A stretch of DNA of 64,000 bases, from contig CAXXHO010000003.1 of the NCBI GenBank assembly GCA_963667725.2, forward strand, positions 736,001 to 800,000, written 5' to 3'. Source of the stretch: Treponemataceae bacterium (GTDB lineage: Bacteria; Spirochaetota; Spirochaetia; Treponematales; Rectinemataceae). Position 1 is the first letter of the stretch, and each line of letters starts with the position of its first letter. Under the pieces are notes generated by a model. The model had not been told where the DNA came from. It worked only from the letters and a program-made list of their open reading frames with translations, and searched no databases. This document shows, piece after piece, positions 35,804 to 45,339 of the stretch. A program made the translations under genes and the position numbers.

Positions 35804-37488
35804 GCGCCTCCAAGGGTGAAATGAAATGTCGCGCCCTTGGAGGGTGCCGCCTCGGCCCATACTCTGCCGCCATGCCTGGTGACGATCCTTCGAACGATGC
35901 TGAGCCCGATTCCCGATCCGCCGTATTCCTGTTCGGAATGCAACCGCTGAAAGGGCGTGAAGAGTTTGTCGGCGTAGGCCATATCGAATCCGACGCCATT
36001 ATCCCGAATTGAATAGACTCGCTCATCGCCAATGTCCGCGGCGCTGAATGCGACGAGAGCCTCGGGGAGCGCCGATGTGAATTTCCACGCGTTATCGAAA
36101 AGATTGAGAAGCATCAATTCCATGAGGGCCTTGTCTGCGTTGACCGACAGACCTTCCTGAATGGACACTGATGTTTTCCTGCCCGGAAAACGAACCGACA
36201 TTTCCTCCGCGCTTTCCCTCGCGAGCCGCGAAAGGTCGACCTTGGAGTATTCCAGCGCTTGCCTGGCAATTCTCGACAGACGGAGCAGGTCGTCGATGAG
36301 CTGGCTCATTTTTTGGACGTTGTATCGTATCCTCTCGATAGAGTGCTTCGAGGTATCCGAGAGCCGGCTCTCCGCATTTTCGACCAATAGAGCACCGAAG
36401 CCTTCAATCGCGCGCAAGGGGGCCCGAAGATCGTGGGAAACCGAATAGGCAAATGCTTCCAGTTCCTCATTGGCTTCCTGAAGCTGCTCGGTGCGCCTGG
36501 CAACCTGGTTTTCCAGCGACTGGTTCAGTTCCCTCACTTCGTTCTCCGCTTTCATCCTGGCGGTGGCGTCATGCACGATGGAGTAGACGAGCTTCTTGCC
36601 TGAATACTCGATCGGACCAGCGAAGACCTCGACATCCCTGATGTCTCCCGAAGCCCTTTTGTGTTTGAAGATGAAAGCGTCATCGTTCCGCTCAAGCGCC
36701 TGGTTCAGCCTGTCGCGAAGCTGATCGGCTGGCAGGGTGTTGATTTCGGCGATGTTTTTCGAGAGTAGTACCTGTCTCGTCCAGCCATAGAAAGCCTCGG
36801 CTGCGGGGTTCGCGTCGACTATCCGTCCGGTTTCATGGTCGATAAGCAGCATGATCGACCGATGGTTCTGAAAGAGAAGTTTATAGCGGGCTTCGGATTC
36901 TTCGAGCATCGCCTGGTTCTTCTCGCGCTCCTCGTTTTCGATGAAGAGCTGGCAGATGAGGAAAAAGGCGAGAGGGTAGAAGAGGAGAACAGGAAGGGCG
37001 ATCGCGGGGATGATTTCTTTCCAGCGCTGATCGGGCAGCAATAACTGAGCCAGGAGCATGAGCAGGTGGACCGAATAGCCGATCGCCAGGATTCTCCAGG
37101 CATTCAAGGGTTTTTGGGTCCGTTTTCTCCAGGAGTAGGCGCAGAGGCCGATGCCTGCGGCTATGATGATGGTGAGGACCCCGACGAAGCGGCCGCTTCC
37201 CCCGATGATAAAAAAACGGAATATGACAGAAGACAGCGTCGCTATTCCCAGGACGATGGGGCCGCCAAAGAGACCGGCGATCGTCAGCAGGATCGTTCGT
37301 CCGTCGTAGATAATGCCTTGGGCGAAGCGAAAGGAAACGAGCATCGTTATGATCGTGGCGGAACTGAAGAGCAATCCATTGAGCAGTGAGACGATAACCT
37401 GCTTGCCGCGGAGTTTTCGGGCTATAAGGTGATAGATGACGGCGATGGAAATGATGAGGGATATATTCTGAAGGATCGAAATCGCCAT
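35800..37488 (-). CDS. Sensor histidine kinase (5TMR-LYT-like membrane domain, PAS, HisKA, HATPase)
   Basis: YSVSHDLRAPLR, NLFDNAWKF, DNGVGF, GSGIGL. Confidence 0.9.
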   Translation of the reverse strand: MAISILQNISLIISIAVIYHLIARKLRGKQVIVSLLNGLLFSSATIITMLVSFRFAQGIIYDGRTILLTIAGLFGGPIVLGIATLSSVIFRFFIIGGSGRFVGVLTIIIAAGIGLCAYSWRKRTQKPLNAWRILAIGYSVHLLMLLAQLLLPDQRWKEIIPAIALPVLLFYPLAFFLICQLFIENEEREKNQAMLEESEARYKLLFQNHRSIMLLIDHETGRIVDANPAAEAFYGWTRQVLLSKNIAEINTLPADQLRDRLNQALERNDDAFIFKHKRASGDIRDVEVFAGPIEYSGKKLVYSIVHDATARMKAENEVRELNQSLENQVARRTEQLQEANEELEAFAYSVSHDLRAPLRAIEGFGALLVENAESRLSDTSKHSIERIRYNVQKMSQLIDDLLRLSRIARQALEYSKVDLSRLARESAEEMSVRFPGRKTSVSIQEGLSVNADKALMELMLLNLFDNAWKFTSALPEALVAFSAADIGDERVYSIRDNGVGFDMAYADKLFTPFQRLHSEQEYGGSGIGLSIVRRIVTRHGGRVWAEAAPSKGATFHFTLGGA

Positions 37489-37592
37489 ACTGGTCCTTTG
37501 GACATTCCGCTATTCTCGGCGCGAAACGAAGAACGGAGTAAGTGTAGCAGAAAGAATTCTGAAGTCAATTGACAATAGTCAAATGACAATAG

Positions 37593-38252
37593 TCAATCGA
37601 CCATCTTGAAAACGATAATGTCGGGCGCGGACGAACTAAGAAGGGAGAATCCCCGCGCCGCGAAATATTCCACAAGGCAGCGAACCGTATAAAAACTCAC
37701 GTGCGTCGGATCCATCCTGTACCACCACGGGCCGAAGTCTTCCATGGATTCCGGCAGGAATCGGGTACGTATGGCGATTATGCCGCCTTCATGGACGCGG
37801 GTCGCGAGAAAGGCGAGCGAGGTTCCCGGGCTCCGCATATGCTCGGCTACCTCGTGGAGCAGAATCGCGTCGTAATGACGCTTTCTCCACGCTCTTGTTT
37901 TCGCGAAAGCGGGGTCGTACAGGTCGTAGCGATAACCCGCCTCTTCGAGCATGGTGGCAAGGACGGGAGCCGGTCCCGAACCGAAATCTAGGACAAGGCA
38001 GCCCGGAGCCTTGAAAGGAGCGACCGCTTTCATGATGAAAGAACGCAGAAACGCGACGTATCCCTGATTGGATATATCGTTCCGGTGAAGCAGATAGCGC
38101 GCTTTTTCTTCCGCTTGGGTGACGAAGTGCCGTTTCCCGAGAGATATAAAGCCGCAGCGCCCGCAGCGATGGTAGGCGAGGGTGGATTTTTTCGTCGACA
38201 GGGAAAAAGCCGCCATCGGCTCGCCGCACATCGGGCATCTCATCGGCTTCAC
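37593..38252 (-). CDS. Class I SAM-dependent methyltransferase with an N-terminal zinc ribbon
   Basis: CPMC...CGRC, LDFGSG, EVAEH, WWY..DPTHVSFY. Confidence 0.8.
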   Translation of the reverse strand: MKPMRCPMCGEPMAAFSLSTKKSTLAYHRCGRCGFISLGKRHFVTQAEEKARYLLHRNDISNQGYVAFLRSFIMKAVAPFKAPGCLVLDFGSGPAPVLATMLEEAGYRYDLYDPAFAKTRAWRKRHYDAILLHEVAEHMRSPGTSLAFLATRVHEGGIIAIRTRFLPESMEDFGPWWYRMDPTHVSFYTVRCLVEYFAARGFSLLSSSAPDIIVFKMVD

Positions 38253-39013
38253 CGTTTATAGATCCATTCCCTGGTACGGAATTTCGTCACGGACAATTCA
38301 GCCGCCTTGGCCAATTCCTCAGGCCTCGGTTCCTCTTCCCGCGCATCCATGTCGAGGGCGCGCAGAAAGCCGGTCCGCATCGACTTTGCCGCTTCCTCGA
38401 AAGAAATTTCCCCGCGAAGGATGGCCGATACCGACGTAACCCTGGCTTTCACGTCTTCGATCATTTTGCCCAAGGCTTTTTCTTTGGGCACTTTCAGAAG
38501 GGTAAACATCTTGTCCACGTCGACCTTGAGCAGCACGGTGCCGTGCTGAAGGATGCAGCCGCGCTTTCGCGTCTGCGCGTTGCCGGAAATCTTTCTACCG
38601 CCGCTCACGATATCGTTGATGGGCGCGAATTCCGCTTCGATGCCGAGTTCCCTTAGACCTTGGATAATGCCCGAGCAGATGACGGAATAGGAATCGAGAA
38701 TGGAGGAGGGGGCTAGGGGGTGCCCTTCAGGGATGACTATGCTGTAGGTCACTTCGGCATCGTGGAAGACGGCGCCGCCTCCGGTGATGCGGCGCACGAT
38801 GTCGACATTCTGCCTTTCGCAGGCTTCGATGTCGATTTCATCGGTTATGCCCTGGAAATAGCCGAGGGATATGGCTGAGGGGTTCCAGCCGTATAGCCTG
38901 AGCGTGGGAAGGGCGGCGGAATCCGCGACGGATCCGAGGATCGCCTCATCGAGTCCCATGTTGAAAAACGCGTCGTTACGCCCTGTTTGCAGTATCCTGA
39001 AGGGATGTTTCAT
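38249..39013 (-). CDS. lplA: Lipoate-protein ligase catalytic subunit
   Basis: NMGLDEA, RRITGGGAVFHD, RKISGNAQ, QHGT. Confidence 0.88.
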   Translation of the reverse strand: MKHPFRILQTGRNDAFFNMGLDEAILGSVADSAALPTLRLYGWNPSAISLGYFQGITDEIDIEACERQNVDIVRRITGGGAVFHDAEVTYSIVIPEGHPLAPSSILDSYSVICSGIIQGLRELGIEAEFAPINDIVSGGRKISGNAQTRKRGCILQHGTVLLKVDVDKMFTLLKVPKEKALGKMIEDVKARVTSVSAILRGEISFEEAAKSMRTGFLRALDMDAREEEPRPEELAKAAELSVTKFRTREWIYKR

Positions 39014-39296
39014 CGATTGCGCCTCTTATGGTTGCCAGAATGCCCTGACCGGAAATGCCCATGACCTGAATGCCCAAGTCCCGGATTTCCGCGTCGAAGG
39101 CATCACCGATTTTTCCCAATGCTGTTCCGCGAAGCCGCGATTCCGCCATCTCGAATTTTTCTTCCGGAATCGCGAAAAAATCGCCGCGAATGGAGATGGC
39201 TCCCACGACGCAGTCGTCATTCACCGGCTCCGTCAATTCGGCCGATATCCTCAGCAGCTTGCAGCCTGCCGGTTTGCCCACGGCTTCGATTTTCAT
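38976..39296 (-). CDS. Lipoate-protein ligase accessory (C-terminal) domain as a separate protein
   Basis: K..G.KLLRI, I.I.GDFF..PE pattern; lies between lipA and lplA. Confidence 0.7.
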   Translation of the reverse strand: MKIEAVGKPAGCKLLRISAELTEPVNDDCVVGAISIRGDFFAIPEEKFEMAESRLRGTALGKIGDAFDAEIRDLGIQVMGISGQGILATIRGAIDETSLQDTANRA

Positions 39297-40159
39297 CCTA
39301 GCTTCGTCTTCCACGCGTCGAAGGCATGGTAGCTCGTCCTGGCGAAGGGGGCGGCCACGACGGTCGAGAAACCGGCGGCACGCGCGTCTTCGGCATAAAG
39401 GGCGAAGGTGTCGGGATGGATATATTCGGCCACGGGAATCTGCCTCGCCGAGGGCTGGAGATACTGCCCCATGACGAGGATGTCCACCCCCCCATCCCTC
39501 AGCTCGGCATAGGTCGCCTTAAGTTCATCCCTGGTTTCCCCCAGGCCGAGAAGAACGCTGGATTTTGTCGCCCGGACGCCTGAATCCTTGGCCTGCCTCA
39601 GGGTTTTAAGGCTCCTGTCGAAGCTGGCACGGCCGTCCCTGACATGCTGGAGCCTTCGGACCGTCTCCACGTTGTGGGCGAGGACGTCAGGCCGCGAAGC
39701 CGCTATCACGCTCAGTTCCTGATCGATGAAGTCGGGAATGAGGACCTCTATCCTGACGGCGGCGGCCGTCGCGCGGATGGCGTCGATGCAGCGGGCAAAA
39801 TGGGCAGCGCCCCGGTCGGGAAGGTCGTCCCTGTCCACCGAGGTGATTACCGCGTAGGAGAGGCCCATCTCGCTCACCGCCCGGGCGAGGGCTTCGGGTT
39901 CGTCTGCCCTCAGCGGTCTGCCGTTTTTAGCCGTTTCCACCGCGCAGAACCGGCATCCCCTCGTGCAGATGTCGCCCAGCACCATGAAGGTCGCGGTGCC
40001 GCAGCCCCAGCATTCGCCTTTGTTCGGGCAGCGCGCCTCATCGCAGACGGTATGGAGGCCATGCTTGGCCAATATGTCGTCCACTTTTTTCCATTCATTG
40101 CCGGCGGGGAGCCTGACCTTGATCCATTCTGGTTTTGGCTTGATTCTGGAAGATTCCAT
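39293..40159 (-). CDS. lipA: Lipoyl synthase
   Basis: KPEWIK, CDEARCPNKGEC, CTRGCRFC, HNVETV, GQYLQP, RTSY. Confidence 0.93.
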   Translation of the reverse strand: MESSRIKPKPEWIKVRLPAGNEWKKVDDILAKHGLHTVCDEARCPNKGECWGCGTATFMVLGDICTRGCRFCAVETAKNGRPLRADEPEALARAVSEMGLSYAVITSVDRDDLPDRGAAHFARCIDAIRATAAAVRIEVLIPDFIDQELSVIAASRPDVLAHNVETVRRLQHVRDGRASFDRSLKTLRQAKDSGVRATKSSVLLGLGETRDELKATYAELRDGGVDILVMGQYLQPSARQIPVAEYIHPDTFALYAEDARAAGFSTVVAAPFARTSYHAFDAWKTKLG

Positions 40160-40174
40160 GCGGGGGAGTATATA

Positions 40175-40205
40175 CAAAAAAAAAGGCCCTCACAATGAGG
40201 ACCTT
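40175..40205 (-). terminator. Intrinsic terminator after the CAT-anticodon tRNA
   Basis: Minus strand aaggtcctca-ttg-tgagggcctt followed by a T run. Confidence 0.75.
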
Positions 40206-40214
40206 GAAAATAGG

Positions 40215-40287
40215 TAGCGAGGGAGGGGATTGAACCCACGACCCAGCGGATATGAGCCGCTTGCTCTGCCAACTGAGCTACCTCGCC
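40215..40287 (-). tRNA. tRNA with CAT anticodon (probably elongator tRNA-Met)
   Basis: Reverse complement GGCGAGGTAGCTCAG...agcgg-ctCATat-ccgct...GGTTCAATCC...CCTCGCTA; no initiator C1:A72 mismatch. Confidence 0.9.
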
Positions 40288-40457
40288 ATGGACGGAAGAT
40301 TTATACCTGCTCGCGCGGGACTTAGTCAAGGCCTTTTGAATCCTGCTCTGCTTTACAATAGATGAAGGCGCCGCTATACTTCCGCGAGAAAAAGAGGAAG
40401 GGCGCGTTCTTCGTGAATGCCGTCTTCTTCTTTAAATATTGGTTTCCCGGAGCATCG

Positions 40458-40730
40458 ATGTCATCGACGGATTGGCGTGAACAGAAAAGAGAAGAATTGT
40501 TTGAAAGCACACTCAAGGGGCTGGAAAACCATAGACGCGTCGATCCCGGATTCACGCTCGAGGACGCGAAGGCTGCCCTTGAGCATCAGTATGTCCTCGA
40601 GGGAAACGACTGGCTGGGCAGAGGGGAACTGGGCGATATCGTCTCATCCGCGACAATCGCCGCATACGAGCATTTCATCTTTGAATGGGCAGCGGAACTG
40701 AAGTCAGCAGAGAATAAGCAGGAGCGATGA
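40458..40730 (+). CDS. Small hypothetical protein (90 aa)
   Basis: GGAG SD before ATG 40458; ATGA overlap with the downstream gene. Confidence 0.6.
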   Translation: MSSTDWREQKREELFESTLKGLENHRRVDPGFTLEDAKAALEHQYVLEGNDWLGRGELGDIVSSATIAAYEHFIFEWAAELKSAENKQER

Positions 40731-41854
40731 TGAGCATCGAAATAAGACCAGTGGCCTCCAAAGCCGAGCTTAAGGCCTTCGTGGCGTTCCCTGAAACTAT
40801 CTATGGCGACGAGCCCAACTGGGTACCGGCATTTCTGTTTGACGATATGAACACCCTCAACAGAAAGAAAAACCCCGCCTTTGAATTCTGCGAAGCCGAG
40901 TATTGGACAGCGTGGAAGGACGGCCTGATGGTCGGCAGGATAGCCGGCATCATAAACCGCCGCTATGTCGAAAAATGGGGGAAAAAATACGCCAGGTTCG
41001 GATGGATCGACTTCATCGAAGATTTTGAGGTGGCCAAGGCCCTGGTCCAGACCGTGGAAAAGTGGGCGCGCTCGAAGGGAATGGAAGGCCTGCACGGTCC
41101 TCTCGGCTTCACCGATCTCGACAGGGAAGGCATGCTTGTGGAAGGATTCAACGAGCGGGCCACCTTCGCGACGATCTATAATCATCCGTATTATTCCGTC
41201 TACATGGAAAAGCTCGGCTATGCCAAGGACGTCGATTGGCTGGAGTTCCAGATCCAGACGCCCGATGCCATTCCCGAAAAAATACTGCGGGTGAACGAAA
41301 TCCTGGCCAAGCGTTCAGGCGTGAGGCTGCTCGACTGGAAGAGCAAGAAAAAGCTCATCGCTGACTATGCCGACCAAATTTTCGATCTCCTCGATGAAGC
41401 GTACGCGGGGCTTTACGGCACGACGCCGCTCTCGCGCAGGCAGGTGGAAGCCTATATCGATCAGTATCTGGGTTTCGTCGATCCGCGCTTCACGAAAGTG
41501 ATGGTGGACAAGGACGACAAGCTGGTTGGCTTTGCCATAACGATACCCAGCCTTTCGGAAGCCCTCTATAAATCGAGGGGCAGATTGTTCCCCCTCGGCT
41601 GGGCCAGGCTTCTCTGGGCGCTAAAGCACCCCAAGACTATCGATATGATGCTGATCGCTGTCCGCAAGGAATATCTCCAGAGAGGCATCGTGGCGCTCAT
41701 GATGACTAACCTCAACCAAAGCGCGATAGAGGCAGGGATCAAGTTTTCGGAGACAAATCCCGAGCTGGAAACGAATATAGCGGTACAGGGACTTTGGAAG
41801 AGCTATCCCAGAAGGCAGCACAAGCGCAGGAGAGTCTACATCAAGCTGCTGTAA
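40727..41854 (+). CDS. GNAT-fold N-acetyltransferase-like protein
   Basis: GRIAGIIN, RFGWIDF, GPLGF.D.D.EGML.EGF, YN.PYY, ELE.N. Confidence 0.75.
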   Translation: MMSIEIRPVASKAELKAFVAFPETIYGDEPNWVPAFLFDDMNTLNRKKNPAFEFCEAEYWTAWKDGLMVGRIAGIINRRYVEKWGKKYARFGWIDFIEDFEVAKALVQTVEKWARSKGMEGLHGPLGFTDLDREGMLVEGFNERATFATIYNHPYYSVYMEKLGYAKDVDWLEFQIQTPDAIPEKILRVNEILAKRSGVRLLDWKSKKKLIADYADQIFDLLDEAYAGLYGTTPLSRRQVEAYIDQYLGFVDPRFTKVMVDKDDKLVGFAITIPSLSEALYKSRGRLFPLGWARLLWALKHPKTIDMMLIAVRKEYLQRGIVALMMTNLNQSAIEAGIKFSETNPELETNIAVQGLWKSYPRRQHKRRRVYIKLL

Positions 41855-41881
41855 ATCGCCCGGCATTGCCTGGCAGGTTTT

Positions 41882-42526
41882 TCAGCCTATCTCCGGTTCG
41901 CGCAGATAGAGCGGACCTTCCAGTTCACCGGCGCCGCCTTTTTCCATGAATTGGATTTCGGCGAGATGTGCCAGTCCAGAAAGCCGCTTGGCGGCATCGT
42001 CCTTTTCGACGCTAAATCCTGGCCTTTCGAGGGCATAGTCCGAGAGGAGATCGGCGTCGGGACCGACAAAAGAAACCTCAGCCTCTCCGTCCACAGCGGC
42101 AAGCAGGGCGGAGAGTGAGACATCGAGATATTCGCTCAGCCTTTGCCCGCTCCGATAGAGCGCGGCGTAAATCCGATTTTTCCGCGCGTCTATGACGGGG
42201 ACTACGGTCCGCCCCGGCTTTTCCCGGCCGAAAGCCATGCAATCGAGGGTGGGAACGCCGACCCAGGGCAGGCCGAGCGCCAGCGACAGGCCTTTGGCCG
42301 TGGACATGCCTATGCGCAGCCCCGTGAATGAACCGGGGCCGCTTGTGCAGGCGATGAGGTCGATATCCTTCAAGCCTATCGAGGCATCGGCCAGGCAACG
42401 CTCGATGGTGGGCAGCAGGGTTTCCGAATGTCTAAACCCGCTTTCCACCCTCGTTTTCATGCCTCCGTCGCTTTTTACGCCCACGGCCAGCATATCGGTG
42501 GACGTATCGAATACGAGAATATTCAT
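41882..42526 (-). CDS. tsaB: t6A biosynthesis protein TsaB
   Basis: DTST, HSE.L.P, GPGSFTGLRIG, IDARK, PLYLR. Confidence 0.93.
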   Translation of the reverse strand: MNILVFDTSTDMLAVGVKSDGGMKTRVESGFRHSETLLPTIERCLADASIGLKDIDLIACTSGPGSFTGLRIGMSTAKGLSLALGLPWVGVPTLDCMAFGREKPGRTVVPVIDARKNRIYAALYRSGQRLSEYLDVSLSALLAAVDGEAEVSFVGPDADLLSDYALERPGFSVEKDDAAKRLSGLAHLAEIQFMEKGGAGELEGPLYLREPEIG

Positions 42527-42963
42527 GGCAACAATGCCTCCAGCCAGGCTCCCTGGAGGGAAATCCGGCGGTTGTCGTCTTTTTCGAACTGTATATCTAT
42601 TATGGCTGTTCTTTCATTCACTATTTCGGGCAGCCTTTCGCCCCATTCGATAAGGCAGAGACTGCCGGGTTCCTCGAGCATTTCCAGTCCGCCGATTTCG
42701 AAAAAGTCGGCCTCTCCCGAAAGCCTGTAGGCGTCGATGTGGTAGAGCGTGAGCCTGCCTTTATATTCGGATACGATCGTGTAGGTAGGGGAGGTCACTT
42801 CCTCGGTTATCCCGAGACCTTTCGCGATGCCCTTGCTCATGGTGGTTTTGCCGGCGCCAAGATCGCCCCTGTAGACGATGACGGTGCCGCCGGAAACCGA
42901 TTTTCCTATCAGTTCTCCCAGAGCGAGCGTCTCTTCCCTGCCATGTGATATGAATGTCTTCAG
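42523..42963 (-). CDS. tsaE: t6A biosynthesis ATPase TsaE (non-canonical start)
   Basis: Frame extends upstream of the track's ATG through GDLGAGKTT to CTG 42963; VTSPTY, HIDAYRL, IEW motifs. Confidence 0.88.
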   Translation of the reverse strand: MKTFISHGREETLALGELIGKSVSGGTVIVYRGDLGAGKTTMSKGIAKGLGITEEVTSPTYTIVSEYKGRLTLYHIDAYRLSGEADFFEIGGLEMLEEPGSLCLIEWGERLPEIVNERTAIIDIQFEKDDNRRISLQGAWLEALLP

Positions 42964-43153
42964 AATTTTCTCCGCGGCACGAGTATACCGCCATAGGCCG
43001 ATCTTGCGCCAGCACCGTTGAGCGGGCCTCTGGGATATCGGTCAATTCCATGGTAAATTATCCTTGTTATTATACCGAGAATAAAGCAGACCCGTTTTGG
43101 TCAGATCTGACGAAATATGTCCTATAATGACATGGGCGCGTCTATGGAGGATT

Positions 43154-44083
43154 GTGGTGACAAAAAGTGGTTTGAGGTTTCCCGCATCCGATGGAAAGTT
43201 GATCGCGTATCAAAAAGTGATTCCCTCCGCGCAGGCTAAAGCCGTTGTCGTGATCGGGCATGGCATGAACGAACATGGGGGCCGCTACTCCCATCTGGCA
43301 AAGGCTCTGGCCGACGTCGGTCTGGCCGTTTACATACCCGATCTCCGCGGTCATGGAGATACCGACGACGGCGCGAATCGAGGCTACCTCGCCGATTCGA
43401 ACGGCTTTGAGAGAGTAGTCGAGGATCTTATGGAGCTGGGCGACTTTGCCGCGAAGGAAGAGGGAGGTCTTCCTCTTTATTATTTCGGGCATTCCTTCGG
43501 GTCCATTCTTTGCCTCGCTCTCAGCGGCATATACGGAAAGTATATGGATGGCGTGGTTCTATCGGGGCTGCCGGAAAAGCCGACACCTTTCCTGGCTCTC
43601 GCCGGAAAGTTCATCATGAAGGTAGGCAAGTTTTTCAAGGGCGGACACGCTCCGGCCGGGATACTTCGCTCGATGACCTTCGGCAGTTATGCCAAGACTG
43701 TTAAAAACATGAGGACAGGATCGGACTGGATCAGCAGGGATACGGAGGTCGTCGATAAGTACATCGCCGATCCCAAATGCAATTTCGTCTGCTCCTTCGG
43801 TTTCTACGGCGACCTGATGCATGGACTCGAGCAAGTCTATTCCGAAAGTTTCCTGGACAGCATTCCGACAAATCTTCCGATATATTCGATCAGCGGATCG
43901 GAGGATCCCGTCGCCGGAATGAAGACCGGGTTTGAGACGATGTCGCGCACTTTCAGAGAATTGGGGCTTGTCGATTTCGAATCGAAATGCTACGAGGGCG
44001 GCAGGCACGAGAGCATCAACGAATTGAACAAGGACGAAGTCCTGTCCGATATCGCCGACTGGTTTTCGCGGCATATTGCATAA
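43154..44083 (+). CDS. Alpha/beta hydrolase (lysophospholipase-like)
   Basis: HGMNEH..RY, DLRGHG, GHSFG nucleophile elbow, RHE..NE; GGAGG before GTG. Confidence 0.85.
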   Translation: MVTKSGLRFPASDGKLIAYQKVIPSAQAKAVVVIGHGMNEHGGRYSHLAKALADVGLAVYIPDLRGHGDTDDGANRGYLADSNGFERVVEDLMELGDFAAKEEGGLPLYYFGHSFGSILCLALSGIYGKYMDGVVLSGLPEKPTPFLALAGKFIMKVGKFFKGGHAPAGILRSMTFGSYAKTVKNMRTGSDWISRDTEVVDKYIADPKCNFVCSFGFYGDLMHGLEQVYSESFLDSIPTNLPIYSISGSEDPVAGMKTGFETMSRTFRELGLVDFESKCYEGGRHESINELNKDEVLSDIADWFSRHIA

Positions 44084-44128
44084 ACGTGGCGTATAATCGC
44101 ATTATGTTGAAACGAGTGAGGCTTTTCT

Positions 44129-45289
44129 GTGTTCATCCGATATCGTAGAGACAAAAAAGGCAAACCTGTCGAACAAGCGCTGATCTATACGGAACACGAA
44201 CATGGCATAAAGAAAGCCATGATCGATCCAGAGGCGATCAGGATTATCGAGCGTCTCAAGAGCGCCGGCCATCAGGCATATATCGTGGGCGGCGCCGTTC
44301 GCGACCTGGTGCAGGACAGAAAGCCCAAAGATTTCGACTTGGTCACCGACGCCCTGCCCACGAAGATCAGAAAGCTTTTTCGCAACGCCCGCATCATCGG
44401 CAAACGATTCCGCCTTGTCCACATAATGGCCGGCGGCGATATATTCGAAGTGAGCACCTTCAGGTCCATCAAGAACGGATCGGTGGGCAACGAATTCGGC
44501 AGCATCGACGAGGACGTGCTCCGCAGGGATTTCACGTTCAACGCGCTGTATTACGACCCCACCGACCAGACCCTCGTCGACTTCGTGGGGGGATTCAAGG
44601 ATCTCAAGGCCGGAAGGATCAAGCCGATCATCCCCCTCAACCGGATTTTCAAGGAAGACCCCGTGCGGATCATTCGCGGGGTGAAATACGGGGCTCTGGC
44701 GGATTTTAAGATACCCTTCGCGCTGAAGCACGCCATTAAGAAAGACGCTCATCTCCTGGCCGACGTAAGCAGCTCGAGGATGACGGAAGAATTCTTCAAG
44801 ATTCTGGCTTCGGGAAAATCGGAACGCATCTTCCGCATCTTAAGCGAGTTCAGGCTTCTGGAATATTTCGTGCCCTCCGTATGGGAGAAAATCCAGACCG
44901 ACCTCGGCTACTCGCAGAAGCTTTTCGCCGACCTCCAGACCCTCGACGCCCTGCGGATAGAGGTAAGCGACAGCGATATCGAAGAGACAGACGCGGATTC
45001 CGCGGCCAGGGGGCAGCAGAAACTCTCGGTGATCCTCTCCTGGTTCCTGAAATCCTGGATCGTACCCGAAGGGGGCAGCTTTGAAGATTCCAGCGAAGCC
45101 TTCCGTACGGCCCTCCTTTCGGCCCGATCATTCATCCAGCCCCTGAATCCCCCTCGCGTGGAGCTGGAAGCCGCCATCCTCATGATTTTCAGGACTTCCG
45201 GCCTCTCTCCCCTGCAAAAGCCGCAGAAAACGAGAAGAAGGCGAAGGCCTTCGGGGAAAAGAGCAGAGCTGCCCCCGGCATCGCCCTAA
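44129..45289 (+). CDS. pcnB: Poly(A) polymerase
   Basis: VGGAVRD, KDFD, PAP signature IIGKRFRLVH, RRDFT.N, EDPVR. Confidence 0.88.
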   Translation: MFIRYRRDKKGKPVEQALIYTEHEHGIKKAMIDPEAIRIIERLKSAGHQAYIVGGAVRDLVQDRKPKDFDLVTDALPTKIRKLFRNARIIGKRFRLVHIMAGGDIFEVSTFRSIKNGSVGNEFGSIDEDVLRRDFTFNALYYDPTDQTLVDFVGGFKDLKAGRIKPIIPLNRIFKEDPVRIIRGVKYGALADFKIPFALKHAIKKDAHLLADVSSSRMTEEFFKILASGKSERIFRILSEFRLLEYFVPSVWEKIQTDLGYSQKLFADLQTLDALRIEVSDSDIEETDADSAARGQQKLSVILSWFLKSWIVPEGGSFEDSSEAFRTALLSARSFIQPLNPPRVELEAAILMIFRTSGLSPLQKPQKTRRRRRPSGKRAELPPASP

Positions 45290-45339
45290 ATCTTCCCTTC
45301 ATACTTGACAAGCACGCTCGCATTTTTCACTATAAGGGC

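Noticed and set aside
32593..40287. Prophage or genomic island between the two tRNAs
   Set aside because: No integrase, transposase or duplicated tRNA 3' end seen; contents are metabolic and signalling genes
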